Source: an uncultured delta proteobacterium (GTDB lineage: Bacteria > Desulfobacterota > Binatia > UBA9968). From it: a stretch of DNA of 64,000 bases. The notes below the pieces were generated by a model. That model had not been told where the DNA came from. It saw nothing but the letters and a program-made list of their open reading frames with translations, and did no database searches. The translations under genes and the position numbers were made by a program. The DNA lies in assembly GCA_963745835.1 (NCBI GenBank), contig CAVUZH010000019.1, forward strand, positions 192,001 to 256,000. Reading direction: 5' to 3'. Below are positions 32,922 to 43,739 of this stretch, piece after piece (within the stretch, counting starts at the first letter, position 1; each line of letters begins with the position of its first letter).

Positions 32922-34076
32922 ATGGCTCGTCAGTACAAATGCATCTCCGGCGATGGACACATCGATCTCAACCCGGATATCTGGCGCGATCGTGTTCAAG
33001 CAAAGTATCGCGAGCGCGCGCCCAAGCGCGTGAAAATGCCCAACGGCTCGGACGCGGTCGTCATCGACGGCGGCAAGCCCAACACCATCGGTATCACTCG
33101 CAGCGTTCGCGTCGCTCACGCCGACCTTGCCAAGCAAGTGCCTACCTTTGAAACCTGTGCCGGCACGGGCACGCCGGAGCAACGACTCGCCGAACAGGAT
33201 CAGGACGGCATAGATTGCGAAATCCTTTTTTCGCAGATCACTTTCGTTCTGCGCCAGACCAAAGACGATGAGTTTTATAAAGATTGCATACGCGCTTATA
33301 ACGAATTTCTCGGCGAAGAGTATATGGCGCCAGCGCCGGATCGTTTGGTTTGCATGGGCACATTGCCCGCTACCGGCGTCGATGATGCGATTAAAGAAAT
33401 GGAACACTGCGCCAAGCTCGGCATAAAAGGCGTAAAGCTCGACCGCTATCCGAGCGGTAAAAGTTATCCGACGCCTGAAGACGACAAATTCTGGGCGGCG
33501 GCGCTCGAGATTGGCATGGCGCTCACCAACCATAACACCGGCACCATGGGGTCTGGGAAAGGCGAGCCCGATTATCTTTACCCGAAAACTCCAGGGCACG
33601 ACGTGCACCAGAAAGACGCCTTTAAATTTTTCACCCGCTTCACCAACGATGCCATGACCGGGACCCTGCAGATGGCCTTCGCCGGAGTGTGGGATCGCTT
33701 TCCCAAGCTGCAATTTTATTGGGCGGAAACCATGGTTGGGTGGTTGGAATATGGTCTGTGGCAAATCGACGATCATTACTGCCGCTACATTGGCATGATT
33801 CACGACAACTGGGGGCTCAGTAAATTGGACCGCGTCCCGAGCGAGTACATCAGAGACCGCAACTACTGGGGATTCCTTCACGATCCCGTCGGCGTCCGGC
33901 GTCGCGCTTGCATCGGCTATGACAAAATCATGTGGGGCACCGATTTCGCCCATGCCGCCAGCGAGTTTCCGAATTCACAAAAGCACTTGGAAGAAGACTT
34001 TAGAGGCGTGCCGGAAAATGAGAAGCACGCGATGACGGTGGACAACTGCGTTAAATATTTTCGCTTGAACGATTGA
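32922..34076 (+). CDS. Amidohydrolase_2 family protein
   Basis: ISGDGHI, DRFPKL...AET..GW and IMWGTDFAH motifs. Confidence 0.9.
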   Translation: MARQYKCISGDGHIDLNPDIWRDRVQAKYRERAPKRVKMPNGSDAVVIDGGKPNTIGITRSVRVAHADLAKQVPTFETCAGTGTPEQRLAEQDQDGIDCEILFSQITFVLRQTKDDEFYKDCIRAYNEFLGEEYMAPAPDRLVCMGTLPATGVDDAIKEMEHCAKLGIKGVKLDRYPSGKSYPTPEDDKFWAAALEIGMALTNHNTGTMGSGKGEPDYLYPKTPGHDVHQKDAFKFFTRFTNDAMTGTLQMAFAGVWDRFPKLQFYWAETMVGWLEYGLWQIDDHYCRYIGMIHDNWGLSKLDRVPSEYIRDRNYWGFLHDPVGVRRRACIGYDKIMWGTDFAHAASEFPNSQKHLEEDFRGVPENEKHAMTVDNCVKYFRLND

Positions 34077-34081
34077 ATCCA

Positions 34082-34150
34082 AACGACTGGAACTGCTGAA
34101 ACAACTGAAACTGTTCCAATAATTCCAACGGTTCCAATCGTTCCAATCGA
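34082..34150. repeat. Inverted arrays of 9-bp units
   Basis: CTGGAACTG-CTGAAACAA-CTGAAACTG followed by TTCCAATAA-TTCCAACGG-TTCCAATCG-TTCCAATCG, just after a stop codon. Confidence 0.7.
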
Positions 34151-34185
34151 CTCGGAAGGTTTGCTGCGGTTGTAGGAGTCACTTA

Positions 34186-35208
34186 ATGAGCGATGTAGGA
34201 ACGACGCACGAAGATCTCGAGCGCTTTCTCGCCGAGCATCATCTGGTCGGCGCTGGCCTCAAACGTGACGGGCGCGCCGCGCCGCGCCAGGGAAACACGA
34301 CTGCGCACTGGGAGTGGGATGGGATTTACCGCGGCCTAATGCGCTCGGGCGAGATCGTCACGGTCGGTCCGAACGGCATGACCGGCATGCGCTCGGTCGT
34401 CGGTATCGAAGCGCGTAAGTTTCCGATCTGGATGAACGCGCAGATCCTTATGCCCGGTGAGCGCACCCAGGCGCATCGCAACTTGCGCAGCGAAACTCGC
34501 CTGGTCTGCCAGGCGCCGAAGAATGCTGTTTTCGTGTGCGAGTATGAAGCCTACCCCATGGAGCGGGGCGACGTGGTGATCAGCCCCGCCTGGACATTCC
34601 ACGATCATTGGAACCAAGACACGACGCCCGCGATCTGGATTGACGGTTACGATAACGGCTACAACCCCAATGTAAACATCAACGAGCGCATGCCCAACGA
34701 TGAGCCTTACGAAGAGATAAAAAAGCCGCCGGCGTACGGCCAACGCACGCTTGGGCTGGCGCGTCCCCTATCCAACGCTACACCGTTTCCACTGCCGCCG
34801 GTGCGCTATCCGTGGGCCGATACCCATGCGGCGTTGACGGCGCTTAGCGAAAACGGCGAGAGGGATCTTTATGATGGAATCATGATCATGCTCGCTAGCC
34901 CGGTGGACGGTGGACCGACCTTGCCGACGATTGCCTGGCAAGCTCAGCTATTATCAACGAAACAAAAAACCCTGCCGCACCGGCACAACAGCACCACCTT
35001 CTATTTCGCCTTCGAGGGTGAAGGCGCGGTGGTCATCGAAAACGAGCGCCTCCAGTATCATCAGGGCGATATCTTCGCTGTGCCCGCCTGGACCTGGCAC
35101 CACCACGAAAACACCAACGACAAAGACACGATTCTCTTTTCCATCGATGACTGGCCCGCCATGACAAAGCTCGGTTTCTACATGAAGGAAGAAGCCAAGG
35201 GATTTTGA
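34186..35208 (+). CDS. Bicupin protein, gentisate 1,2-dioxygenase-like
   Basis: QILMPGERTQAHRN...GDVVISPAWTFHDH; GGPTLPTI; PHRHNS...GDIFAVPAWTWHHHEN. Confidence 0.85.
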   Translation: MSDVGTTHEDLERFLAEHHLVGAGLKRDGRAAPRQGNTTAHWEWDGIYRGLMRSGEIVTVGPNGMTGMRSVVGIEARKFPIWMNAQILMPGERTQAHRNLRSETRLVCQAPKNAVFVCEYEAYPMERGDVVISPAWTFHDHWNQDTTPAIWIDGYDNGYNPNVNINERMPNDEPYEEIKKPPAYGQRTLGLARPLSNATPFPLPPVRYPWADTHAALTALSENGERDLYDGIMIMLASPVDGGPTLPTIAWQAQLLSTKQKTLPHRHNSTTFYFAFEGEGAVVIENERLQYHQGDIFAVPAWTWHHHENTNDKDTILFSIDDWPAMTKLGFYMKEEAKGF

Positions 35209-35335
35209 AAGCCGGCCACAGTTAAGATCAGTTGCCCATCGGGGAGGGGCCGGTTTGAAACCTGGCCTCCGTCATTCAGATGTTCACAGTTTCCCCTAGA
35301 GTCCTGAACCAGTTTCGTATAAGAGAAACAGCACC

Positions 35336-36511
35336 ATGAGCCTTGCCGCATCCAAGCCGACTGTTTCTGCGGCTCCTGCCAAAGTCGCCGTGCGTCTGGC
35401 GGCGTTGTGGAAAACCTATCCCGGTGGCGCAAGCCCTGCGGTCAAGGATCTTTCCCTCGACGTACTGCACGGCGAGATAGTCACTCTGCTTGGTCCGAGC
35501 GGCTGCGGCAAGACCACGACATTGCGCATGGTCGCGGGGTTGGAGACCCCCGACGCCGGCGATATTTTTTTCGGCGAGCAAGCGGTCGTTATCAGCTCGC
35601 GGCGAATCTCTCTGCCGCCCAATAAGCGCAACGTCGGAATGGTCTTTCAATCCTACGCCATCTGGCCGCACATGACGGTGGCGCAGAACGTCGCCTTCCC
35701 CCTCAAAGCACGCAGATTTCCGAAGAATGAAATCAAAGATCGCGTGCTGCGCGCGCTCGATCTCGTCGGCCTGACGGGATACGAAGATCGCCCGGGCCCG
35801 CTCCTGAGCGGCGGCCAGCAACAGCGAGTCGCGTTTGCCCGCGCGCTGGTTACCGAGCCGCGCGTTCTGCTGCTCGACGAACCCTTCAGCAATCTGGACG
35901 CCAAGCTGCGCGAGCAGATGCGCATTAGCGTGAAGCTCTTACAAAAACGGCTTCACATTGCGATGTTGTTTGTCACCCACGATCAGATCGAAGCGCTGAG
36001 CCTGTCGAACCGCATCGCACTGATGAATTTCGGAGTCGTGCAGCAACAAGGCGATCCGCGCCTGCTTTACGAAAAGCCCGTCAATGAATTCGTGCGCGAC
36101 TTCGTCGGCAGGACCTTGCTCTTCAAAGGCACAGTGCAAACCAGCAATCCGTCCGGGCAGATGGCGATTGCACTCGCCGGTGCGCGCGACTGCGTCGTCT
36201 TCGGACGCTGCTACAACCCGGGCGGCATGAAGAATGGCGCATCGGTGTATATTGGCGTTCGTCCCGAAGATATCGACATTCAGGCTGCGCTCGGCGCCGA
36301 CGCCCCCGCAGGCATGATCGGCGGCATAACCCAGGCCGCCCTTTTCGTCGGCGAGCGCATCGAGTATCAGGTGGAGGTCGACGGCCAGGGAATCATCATG
36401 ATCTACGGCGAACGCCACAAGCCGGTCGATGAAGGCAGTAAAGTATGGTTGAAGCTCCGCCCCGAAGGCCACACGGCCTGGCCATCGGATTGGTCGCACA
36501 AAGAAGAGTGA
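35336..36511 (+). CDS. ABC transporter ATP-binding protein (PotA/FbpC type, TOBE domain)
   Basis: GPSGCGKTT, LSGGQQQR, LLLDEP and VTHDQ motifs. Confidence 0.95.
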   Translation: MSLAASKPTVSAAPAKVAVRLAALWKTYPGGASPAVKDLSLDVLHGEIVTLLGPSGCGKTTTLRMVAGLETPDAGDIFFGEQAVVISSRRISLPPNKRNVGMVFQSYAIWPHMTVAQNVAFPLKARRFPKNEIKDRVLRALDLVGLTGYEDRPGPLLSGGQQQRVAFARALVTEPRVLLLDEPFSNLDAKLREQMRISVKLLQKRLHIAMLFVTHDQIEALSLSNRIALMNFGVVQQQGDPRLLYEKPVNEFVRDFVGRTLLFKGTVQTSNPSGQMAIALAGARDCVVFGRCYNPGGMKNGASVYIGVRPEDIDIQAALGADAPAGMIGGITQAALFVGERIEYQVEVDGQGIIMIYGERHKPVDEGSKVWLKLRPEGHTAWPSDWSHKEE

Positions 36512-36566
36512 TTGGCTTTGGGTATGCCACAGGCCCAAGGTAATCGGAATCTTTGGAGGAAGACTC

Positions 36567-37790
36567 ATGCTGGATAATCACGCGCAAAGACACCACCGAA
36601 ACCTCGATACAAGGATTGGGAGTGTCGCGGGGCGTTGCCTTACCCGCCTGCTCGTTTTGCTGCTGCTTTTCTTTTTCAGAGCGCCTGCGGCATTTGACGC
36701 AGCCGCGCCGCAAGCATCCACCAATTTCGAGCAGGAATGGGCGAAGCTGATCGCTGCCGCCAAGCAAGAAGGCACGCTTTCGGTCGCTTCCGGAGGCGCT
36801 CCCTCGCGTCAGTACCGGCCAGTAATGGATGCCTTTACCAAGAAGTTCGGCATCAACGTCGAAGTGTCCACCGGCAATGCCATCGACACGGTCAATCGCG
36901 TGCTCGCCGAACGTAAAGCCGGCAGATACACCGTCGACGTGGCTTTGATCAGCGTGCGCGAAAACCAGCAACGGCTGGTGCCCTCGGAATCTGTGATGCC
37001 TTTTGCGCCATTGCTGATTCATCCCGAAGTAGTGAACACTTCGCTTTGGTATGGCGGCAGGCATTGGTACGGCGACAAAGATTCAAAGTTCGCTTTTATC
37101 TATCATGCGGCGGTCGAGGACCAGTACGAAGTCTGGTACAACAGCGACAAGCTCAAAGAAGTCGACATCCTCAGCGTCAAGAAACAAACCGACATCTTCG
37201 ACCCGCGTTGGAAGGGCAAAATCCAGGGCCAGGGAATGGGCGATCCATCCGGGATTCGCCAGATGATCGATTCCTACTTCGAGCCGGACCGCGGTCCGGA
37301 TTGGGTTAAAACCTATCTCACCAGCGCCGGCGTAACCTTCTCCGACGACCGCAGAATTTTGGAGACCTGGCTGGTCGGCGGCCGATTTTCCGTGCAGTTC
37401 GTCTCCACCGCCGAGGAAGAGCTGCGCGCATTGGCCAAGAAGGGTTTACCAGTCAAGCAGGTGTTCTTACCCAAAGAGGCGGGCATGATCCGGGCCGCGG
37501 GATCCGGCTGCTGCATCTCTGCTTTCGCCAACCCGCCCCATCCAAACGCGGCGAAACTCTTCGTCAACTGGTTCCTGTCCAAGGAAGGCCAAACGCTCAC
37601 CCACATGATGATTCCCAATATCGACCGCTCATCGTTGCGCACTGACGTGCCAGTCGGCCAAGTGGTCGCCGATCAACAACGCAAGCCCGGCAAGCAGTAT
37701 ACCTTCCCCGACGCCGAGCCCGGCATCGGCGCCAAGCACGAAGAAGCTCAGAAGTGGATCTTCAAGATCTGGGAGTCGAGGCAGAAGTAA
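36567..37790 (+). CDS. ABC substrate-binding protein (AfuA-type)
   Basis: AAAKQEG, DPRWKGKI and PPHPNAAKLFVNWFLSKEGQ motifs. Confidence 0.88.
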   Translation: MLDNHAQRHHRNLDTRIGSVAGRCLTRLLVLLLLFFFRAPAAFDAAAPQASTNFEQEWAKLIAAAKQEGTLSVASGGAPSRQYRPVMDAFTKKFGINVEVSTGNAIDTVNRVLAERKAGRYTVDVALISVRENQQRLVPSESVMPFAPLLIHPEVVNTSLWYGGRHWYGDKDSKFAFIYHAAVEDQYEVWYNSDKLKEVDILSVKKQTDIFDPRWKGKIQGQGMGDPSGIRQMIDSYFEPDRGPDWVKTYLTSAGVTFSDDRRILETWLVGGRFSVQFVSTAEEELRALAKKGLPVKQVFLPKEAGMIRAAGSGCCISAFANPPHPNAAKLFVNWFLSKEGQTLTHMMIPNIDRSSLRTDVPVGQVVADQQRKPGKQYTFPDAEPGIGAKHEEAQKWIFKIWESRQK

Positions 37791-37796
37791 AACTCC

Positions 37797-37837
37797 TGTT
37801 CCAAATGTTCCAATCGTTTCAAACGTTCCAATTGTTA
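37797..37837. repeat. Tandem 9-bp repeat x4
   Basis: GTTCCAAAT-GTTCCAATC-GTTTCAAAC-GTTCCAATT, immediately after the SBP stop codon. Confidence 0.75.
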
Positions 37838-37891
37838 GCCCGATAAACTGCATCGATCAAAACACCTGAACATTGGATTGGAACTATTTAA

Positions 37892-39694
37892 TTGCCCGTG
37901 GACCAATCCCCCACCCTAGAGCAATTGACCATCGCGCGACGCGCAGTGGCGCCGCGCCTGACCAAGGGCCACCTCATCATGGCCGTGGTCCTCATCTCGC
38001 TCGGCTATTTTCTCATCTGGCCGGTGCTCATTCTGTTAATCAACAGTTTCAACGCCGCCAATGACTGGTTTGTCGAGCCACGGCGGTGGGGAGTAGATCA
38101 TTGGATCAACGCCTTTCACCGGCCCGGCCTGCTCACTTCGCTGGGCAACTCATTGCTCGTCTGGTCCTTGACCGTCACCATCAGCTTTCCCCTCGGCGTC
38201 GCCATCGCCTGGCTGCTGGCGCGCACCAAAATTCCCTTCAGCCACACGTTGGAATTTCTTTTCTGGGTTTCTTACATGGTGCCGGCGCTGCCCACGACGA
38301 TCGCCTGGATTACCTTGCTCGATCCCGATATCGGCGTGATCAACGTCGGATTGAAGAATGTTTTTCACTTGGAGCACGGACCGTTCAATATTTTCAGCGT
38401 GCCGGGGATCGTCTGGGCCAACTTGATGGGCCACGGCATCTCGATCAAAGTCATGCTCTTGACCCCGGCGTTCCGCAACATGGATTCCACCCTCGAGGAA
38501 GCCGCCCGCGTCGGCGGCGCAAGCAATTTAAGAACGCTTTTCAGAGTCACCCTACCGCTGATGATCTCGCCAATGATGATGGTTTTCGCCCTGCAGCTGC
38601 TGCGCGTATTTCAATCGTTTGAAACGGAATACCTGCTCGGCATGCCCTTCGGTTTCTTCGTCTATTCGACCAAGATTTTCGCCTTGGTGCGAAACCAGAT
38701 TCCCAACTATGGCGAGGCCACCGTGCTGGCGAGCCTCACGTTGCTGATGATTGCCTTGATCATTCCGCTCCAGCGCTGGATTTTACAGCGGCGCCGCTAC
38801 ACCACGATCACCGGCAGCTTTCGTCCCGGCCTGATCGATCTCGGTCGATGGAACTACGTTACCTTCGGCGCGATCGCCTTGTTGCTCGCGCTCTTGACGG
38901 TGGGGCCGTTGGCGATCCTGGTGCTGGGTAGCTTCATGCAGCGGATCGGCTACTTCGTCTTGGGATATACCCTCGATCACTGGCGCTTCGTATTGAGCGA
39001 TCCGGTGTTCGTCAAGGCATTGCGGACGACCCTGATACTGGCCGTGACAGCGGCGGTTTGCAGCCCGCTCATCTTCTCGGTGCTCGCTTATATTCTGGTG
39101 CGCAGCCGTTTGCCCGGACGGGGCGCGCTGGATCTGATGATCTGGAGTGCCGGCGCCATTCCCGGCATTCTCGCAGGGCTCGGCCTGTTATGGGTTTTCA
39201 TCGGCACGCCCGGACTGAACTTTCTGTTCGGCACTATCTGGGCGCTGATCATCGTCGTCATCCTGCAAGGCAAGACCACCGGCGTCAACATCATGAAGGG
39301 CGTGCTAGTGCAAGTAGGCGCCGACATGGAAGAGGCTGCGCGTGTCTCCGGCGCCGGCTGGATCAGAACCTATTGCCGCATCTGGCTGCCGCTCTTGATG
39401 CCTACCCTGATTTTGCTGGCGGTGATGAATTTCGTCAGCGCCGCGGGCGCCACCAGCAGCATTATTTTGCTTGCTTCCCGCGACACCATGACGCTCTCGC
39501 TGATGGCATTGGAGTTGTCTTCCGCGGCGGTCAGCAATCGCGAAGCCGCGAGCATCATCAGCATTTTTATAATTCTGTTTACCGTCGCCGGCGCTCTTGT
39601 CGTCCGCTATTTCGGTGCCCGCCTGGGGGTTCGCCACGACATGCATGCTATTGAAGGCGCTCCACAAGCGGCCCTTCAGATGCGAAATCAGTAG
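37892..39694 (+). CDS. ABC transporter permease (FbpB type)
   Basis: MDSTLEEAARVGGA and DMEEAARVSGA EAA loops. Confidence 0.92.
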   Translation: MPVDQSPTLEQLTIARRAVAPRLTKGHLIMAVVLISLGYFLIWPVLILLINSFNAANDWFVEPRRWGVDHWINAFHRPGLLTSLGNSLLVWSLTVTISFPLGVAIAWLLARTKIPFSHTLEFLFWVSYMVPALPTTIAWITLLDPDIGVINVGLKNVFHLEHGPFNIFSVPGIVWANLMGHGISIKVMLLTPAFRNMDSTLEEAARVGGASNLRTLFRVTLPLMISPMMMVFALQLLRVFQSFETEYLLGMPFGFFVYSTKIFALVRNQIPNYGEATVLASLTLLMIALIIPLQRWILQRRRYTTITGSFRPGLIDLGRWNYVTFGAIALLLALLTVGPLAILVLGSFMQRIGYFVLGYTLDHWRFVLSDPVFVKALRTTLILAVTAAVCSPLIFSVLAYILVRSRLPGRGALDLMIWSAGAIPGILAGLGLLWVFIGTPGLNFLFGTIWALIIVVILQGKTTGVNIMKGVLVQVGADMEEAARVSGAGWIRTYCRIWLPLLMPTLILLAVMNFVSAAGATSSIILLASRDTMTLSLMALELSSAAVSNREAASIISIFIILFTVAGALVVRYFGARLGVRHDMHAIEGAPQAALQMRNQ

Positions 39695-39790
39695 GGTGCT
39701 CCCAGCTGTAAAACTGTGCTTGCTACTCTCGAAAAGCGCTTCCGGTTTCTGTTTACAAGCAACCGCAATCAGGAGTAGTATCCGGCGCAA

Positions 39791-40811
39791 ATGGTGGGAA
39801 TTTTATCGTTGCTAATTTCGCTTTCTGCTCGCCTCGACTGCCTTGGCTAATCCTTATCTGGCCAAACCAGGGGAAAAGCCTCTTTCAATGCGCGTATCCA
39901 CGTGCGCGGTGTCCGGCGGTTTCGTGCACCTCTACACCGCGCTGGACAATGGCCTATTCGACAAATACGGCATCAAGCTCGAGAATATTTTTATCCGCGG
40001 CAGCGCTCAGAATCTCACCGCTCTTGCCACTGACGAAGTCCAGTTCACCTACTGCGCCTCGGACGCGATCATCCCAGGTATGGCAGCCGGCATAGACGTG
40101 AAAATCGTTGCCTCGCCTCTGGTAAAGCTGCCTTACGTGCTGGTCACTCGCAAAGAAGTCAGGCGGCCTGAGGATCTCACAGGGAAAGCGCTCGGCATCG
40201 CGCGCGCCGGCGACCTGAGCGACCGCTTGTCGCGGGCAGTCGTGAAAAGATTAGGCCTAGCGCCTGAGGCCGTGACGATCCGGCCCATCGGCGGCAGCCA
40301 AGGCGAGCGCTACCAGGCGATGGCTGCAGGGATCGTCCATGGCGTGATCATCACGCCGCCCCTGGACGTCCGCGCTAAGAACGAGGGCTACAACGTCATG
40401 TTCCGCTTGATCGAGTTGAACATCCCGTTCATCTATAGCTCGCTCCATACCAGTCATAAAATGCTGCGCGAGCGTCCCGACATTGTCCAGCGCATGGTCG
40501 CGGCCTTCGCTGAAATTATCCATTTCGTCGAAAAAAATCCCGATAAAGCCAAAGCCTCCATCGGCAAAGCCATGCGCACGAAAGATCCGGAGGCGCTGCA
40601 GTCCGCCTATGACGTCTACGCCAGGGAGATTCTCGATCGCACGATGGTAGTTCCCGGTAGAGCGGTGGCCGATACCATCGAGCTCACCCGCGAAAGCGGT
40701 GCGCCTGTCAGAAGGAAAGCGGAAGAAATCTACGACAACAGTTTTGTGAACAATCTGGAGAAAAGCGGGTTTTTAAAAGAGATCTGGGGTAGCGAGAACT
40801 ACAAGCGTTGA
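39791..40811 (+). CDS. ABC substrate-binding protein (SsuA/NMT1-like); 1-nt frameshift in the signal peptide
   Basis: Removing one T from CTTTCTG (~39812-39814) gives MVGILSLLISLLLASTALA-NPYLAKPG; C-terminal LEKSGFLKEIW. Confidence 0.82.
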
Positions 40812-40938
40812 TCCAGCCGATCTCGACGCGCCCGCATTGCAGCGCTAGTTGTTTCAGTTGGTAGAAGTTTTACCTGTAGCTTCTATCTTGAGGGTGCCGT
40901 CGCAGTAACGATTATTCCCCGGATCCCGGCATCGGCGC

Positions 40939-41265
40939 TCACTTTTGCACTTCAAGCGCATTAATGACGCTTTGCACACCGGGCGCATTCCACGCGATCT
41001 TGACCGCCTGCTGACGTGCATCCAACGACTGCACCGTTCCGCTGAGGTAGACTGTCCCTCTGCTCGATACCACCTTGACTCCGGTCAAATCCACTTTCTT
41101 ATCGGCGAGAAGTCTATCCCGCACCGACTTCGACAACGCTTCGTCTTGGGGAGTTTGCGCAGTCGGGATTTCCACGGTAGCTTCGCTTCTCATCATTTGA
41201 CAACCCGAAACAAACGGTAGAATTGAGACCGCGGCGGCGAACGCAAAGTGACCGGCGATTTTCAT
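40939..41265 (-). CDS. BON-domain lipoprotein
   Basis: Lipobox VSG-C; V...GTVYLSGTV...A..IA...PGVQSVINAL. Confidence 0.9.
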   Translation of the reverse strand: MKIAGHFAFAAAVSILPFVSGCQMMRSEATVEIPTAQTPQDEALSKSVRDRLLADKKVDLTGVKVVSSRGTVYLSGTVQSLDARQQAVKIAWNAPGVQSVINALEVQK

Positions 41266-41620
41266 AGCTTCTCTTTATCACATGCAGAAATTTTAGCGTA
41301 GCTTTAGTGGATCACTAGGCTATTACATATCAAAGGGCTTAAACGTGAGAACGAAGCATCGAGTGTGAATCAAGCGGATTGCCATCGACATCCCAACAAA
41401 GATTGCCCATCTGTTCCGTAAGTCCGATGTGGCGCGAGTAGAGAACAGTGTCCGAATTGATAGCACTAACAGTTCATGAGAAGGTTTTTTACCACTTCGG
41501 AACGTAGCAAAAAACATAGGGCATGATTCTCATACTGATCGGCTTGAAGGATTTGAAGCTCAAACTTGATCGGTCACTCGCAACGAAATTATGCCGAGTA
41601 GCTCGAGAATAGAGAATTCG

Positions 41621-42592
41621 ATGATTGAAATGGAATCGCCAGTGCAGCCTAAGCTGCCGATCTGCGACGCGCATCATCATCTCTGGGAACGGCCACCGAG
41701 CGGCTATATGCTCGACGATTTGCTGCAAGATTTGCGCGCCGGGCATAATATTGTCTCGACTGTGGCGGTTGAATGCCGCTACGGTTATCGCAGGGACGGC
41801 GCGGAAGAATTAAAGCCGGTTGGCGAAGTCGAATTTCTCGAAAGCATAGCCAATCGAGTTGCCACTGATCCGACGATCTCACCTCGCGTTGCCGCCGCGA
41901 TCGTTGGACATGCAAATCTCCTTTTGGGCGACGCCGTCGCGCCGGTACTCGAAGGGCACATGGCAGCCAGTCCGCGCCGGTTCCGCGGCATTCGTCACTC
42001 GACCACATGGGATGCGAGCGATGCGTTGCGCAGCGAAGCGCCACGAGGGCTACTTGGCGATGGCAAGTTTCGCCAGGGCTTTGGTTGGCTTGCAAAGTGG
42101 GGCCTCAGCTTTGATGCGTGGGTATATCACCCACAACTGACGGAGGTTGCAGAGCTGGCGCGAGCGTTTCCGTCTGTGCCGATCATACTGAATCATATTG
42201 GCGCGCCGCTTGGGGTGGGCCCGTATGCCGGGAAGCGCGCTGAAGTTTTTCAGCTCTGGAGCAGCGGCATCGTCCAACTTGCCAAATGTCCCAACGTGGT
42301 GGTGAAATTGGGCGGCGTCGGTTCAACGCGTTCCGGTTACAACTGGCATGAGCGGGCGGTCAAGCCGTCATCGCAAGAGCTAGCGAAAACTCTACAACCG
42401 TACTTCGAGCATTGCATCGAGAAATTCGGTGTTGATCGCTGCCTGTTCGAGAGCAACTTCCCAGTGGAAAAACTTGCCAACACCTATGTCAATCTTTGGA
42501 ACGCCTTTAAGCGCATGACGGAAAGTTACACTATCGCTGAACGAGCGGCGCTATTTCATGACACAGCCGCGCGAGTTTACTGCATTGGCTAA
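41621..42592 (+). CDS. Amidohydrolase_2 family protein (lactonase-like)
   Basis: CDAHHHLW, RFRGIR, LNH.G, VKLGG and FESNFP motifs. Confidence 0.9.
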   Translation: MIEMESPVQPKLPICDAHHHLWERPPSGYMLDDLLQDLRAGHNIVSTVAVECRYGYRRDGAEELKPVGEVEFLESIANRVATDPTISPRVAAAIVGHANLLLGDAVAPVLEGHMAASPRRFRGIRHSTTWDASDALRSEAPRGLLGDGKFRQGFGWLAKWGLSFDAWVYHPQLTEVAELARAFPSVPIILNHIGAPLGVGPYAGKRAEVFQLWSSGIVQLAKCPNVVVKLGGVGSTRSGYNWHERAVKPSSQELAKTLQPYFEHCIEKFGVDRCLFESNFPVEKLANTYVNLWNAFKRMTESYTIAERAALFHDTAARVYCIG

Positions 42593-42754
42593 CCCCCTGA
42601 AGTCGTGTTTAGTTAACCAGGGTCTCGAGGAGTTCGTTTGTTCGTTGCTCGACAATAATGAACTCAACTGACGCGCCACCTCGTCAGCCGTACTCCGGCA
42701 CTTACCATAATTTGCCCAATGTAGTATGGAAACGGTCAAGACCAGGCCAACTGA

Positions 42755-43231
42755 ATGAGAATAGGACGATCGATCTTTCGCGCATTGACAGGATGCCTCC
42801 TCACAGTAGTGTGGCTTACCGGTTGCGCTAAATCGATTAAGCAGGACGAGAATCTCGCCGCCCAAAGAGGCATCGAGTTCGCCCGCATCGTGCTGATCAA
42901 CAAGGACTTCGATCAAGGCTACGAGTTACTTTCCGATAACGGCAAGCGCCATATCTCGTTGGCAAAATTCAAAGAGACCATGATCCGCCTGCATCCCCGC
43001 GGTTTTCCCGCCCGCGTGACGGCAAAGGAATATCAACCTATGCCCGGTGAGAATGCATTGTGGATTTATCTGATCGGAGAGAACCCCGAAATGCATTACC
43101 GCATGACGATGGAAGCCACCCCATCCGGGGATTACAAAGTGCTGGGCATTGACAGTGGAGTCGTCGGTCGAATGTTCTCGTCCACTAGTGACAAGAAAGA
43201 ATTCCCAGAAGTTATCAGCACCCGGCCCTGA
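42755..43231 (+). CDS. Hypothetical lipoprotein
   Basis: Lipobox LTG-C; 158-aa ORF. Confidence 0.7.
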   Translation: MRIGRSIFRALTGCLLTVVWLTGCAKSIKQDENLAAQRGIEFARIVLINKDFDQGYELLSDNGKRHISLAKFKETMIRLHPRGFPARVTAKEYQPMPGENALWIYLIGENPEMHYRMTMEATPSGDYKVLGIDSGVVGRMFSSTSDKKEFPEVISTRP

Positions 43232-43739
43232 GTTTTTCGCGTGCGTCATACCAGCCTATGAAGCGCTCGCGCCACCGCGAGAAGCCCGCGCCTTCGGACT
43301 CGAAGGTAAGTCAACCGCAATTGCGAGACCAGCACCCAAACGCGGCCGCCGATTCTATTCACGCTCTCGCCAAACCAGCGGGTCGTTAATCTCCTCCATG
43401 CTAGTCTAGAAATAATTGCGCAGACTTCTCATCCGAGGCGCGCGAAACCGGCCAACTCACCTTGAGCGCCAGATCAGGCGGCTACGCCAAGGTTGTAGCT
43501 ATTCCACGGCAATCGCCAGTCCTCGCAAGTGCAGGTGAATGTCAGCTCGTCGCGTTGTAAATTTTTTCAGAATGGTTTCATCGCCGAATGTAAAACCGCG
43601 TTCAGAGTAAACCAGTAGGGAATCAAAAGCCTTATGAGCGCGAGGAGAAGTAATCCCGTGAAGGGAGCTCCCACAGTAGGCTAACAATCGCGTTCCTGTC
43701 TTGTAGACTAGATGGATCTACTCAAACTGAAAGGTTGTC

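Noticed and set aside
34082-34150. Short repeats as a CRISPR array
   Set aside because: 9-bp units with no unique spacers, and no cas genes in the window.
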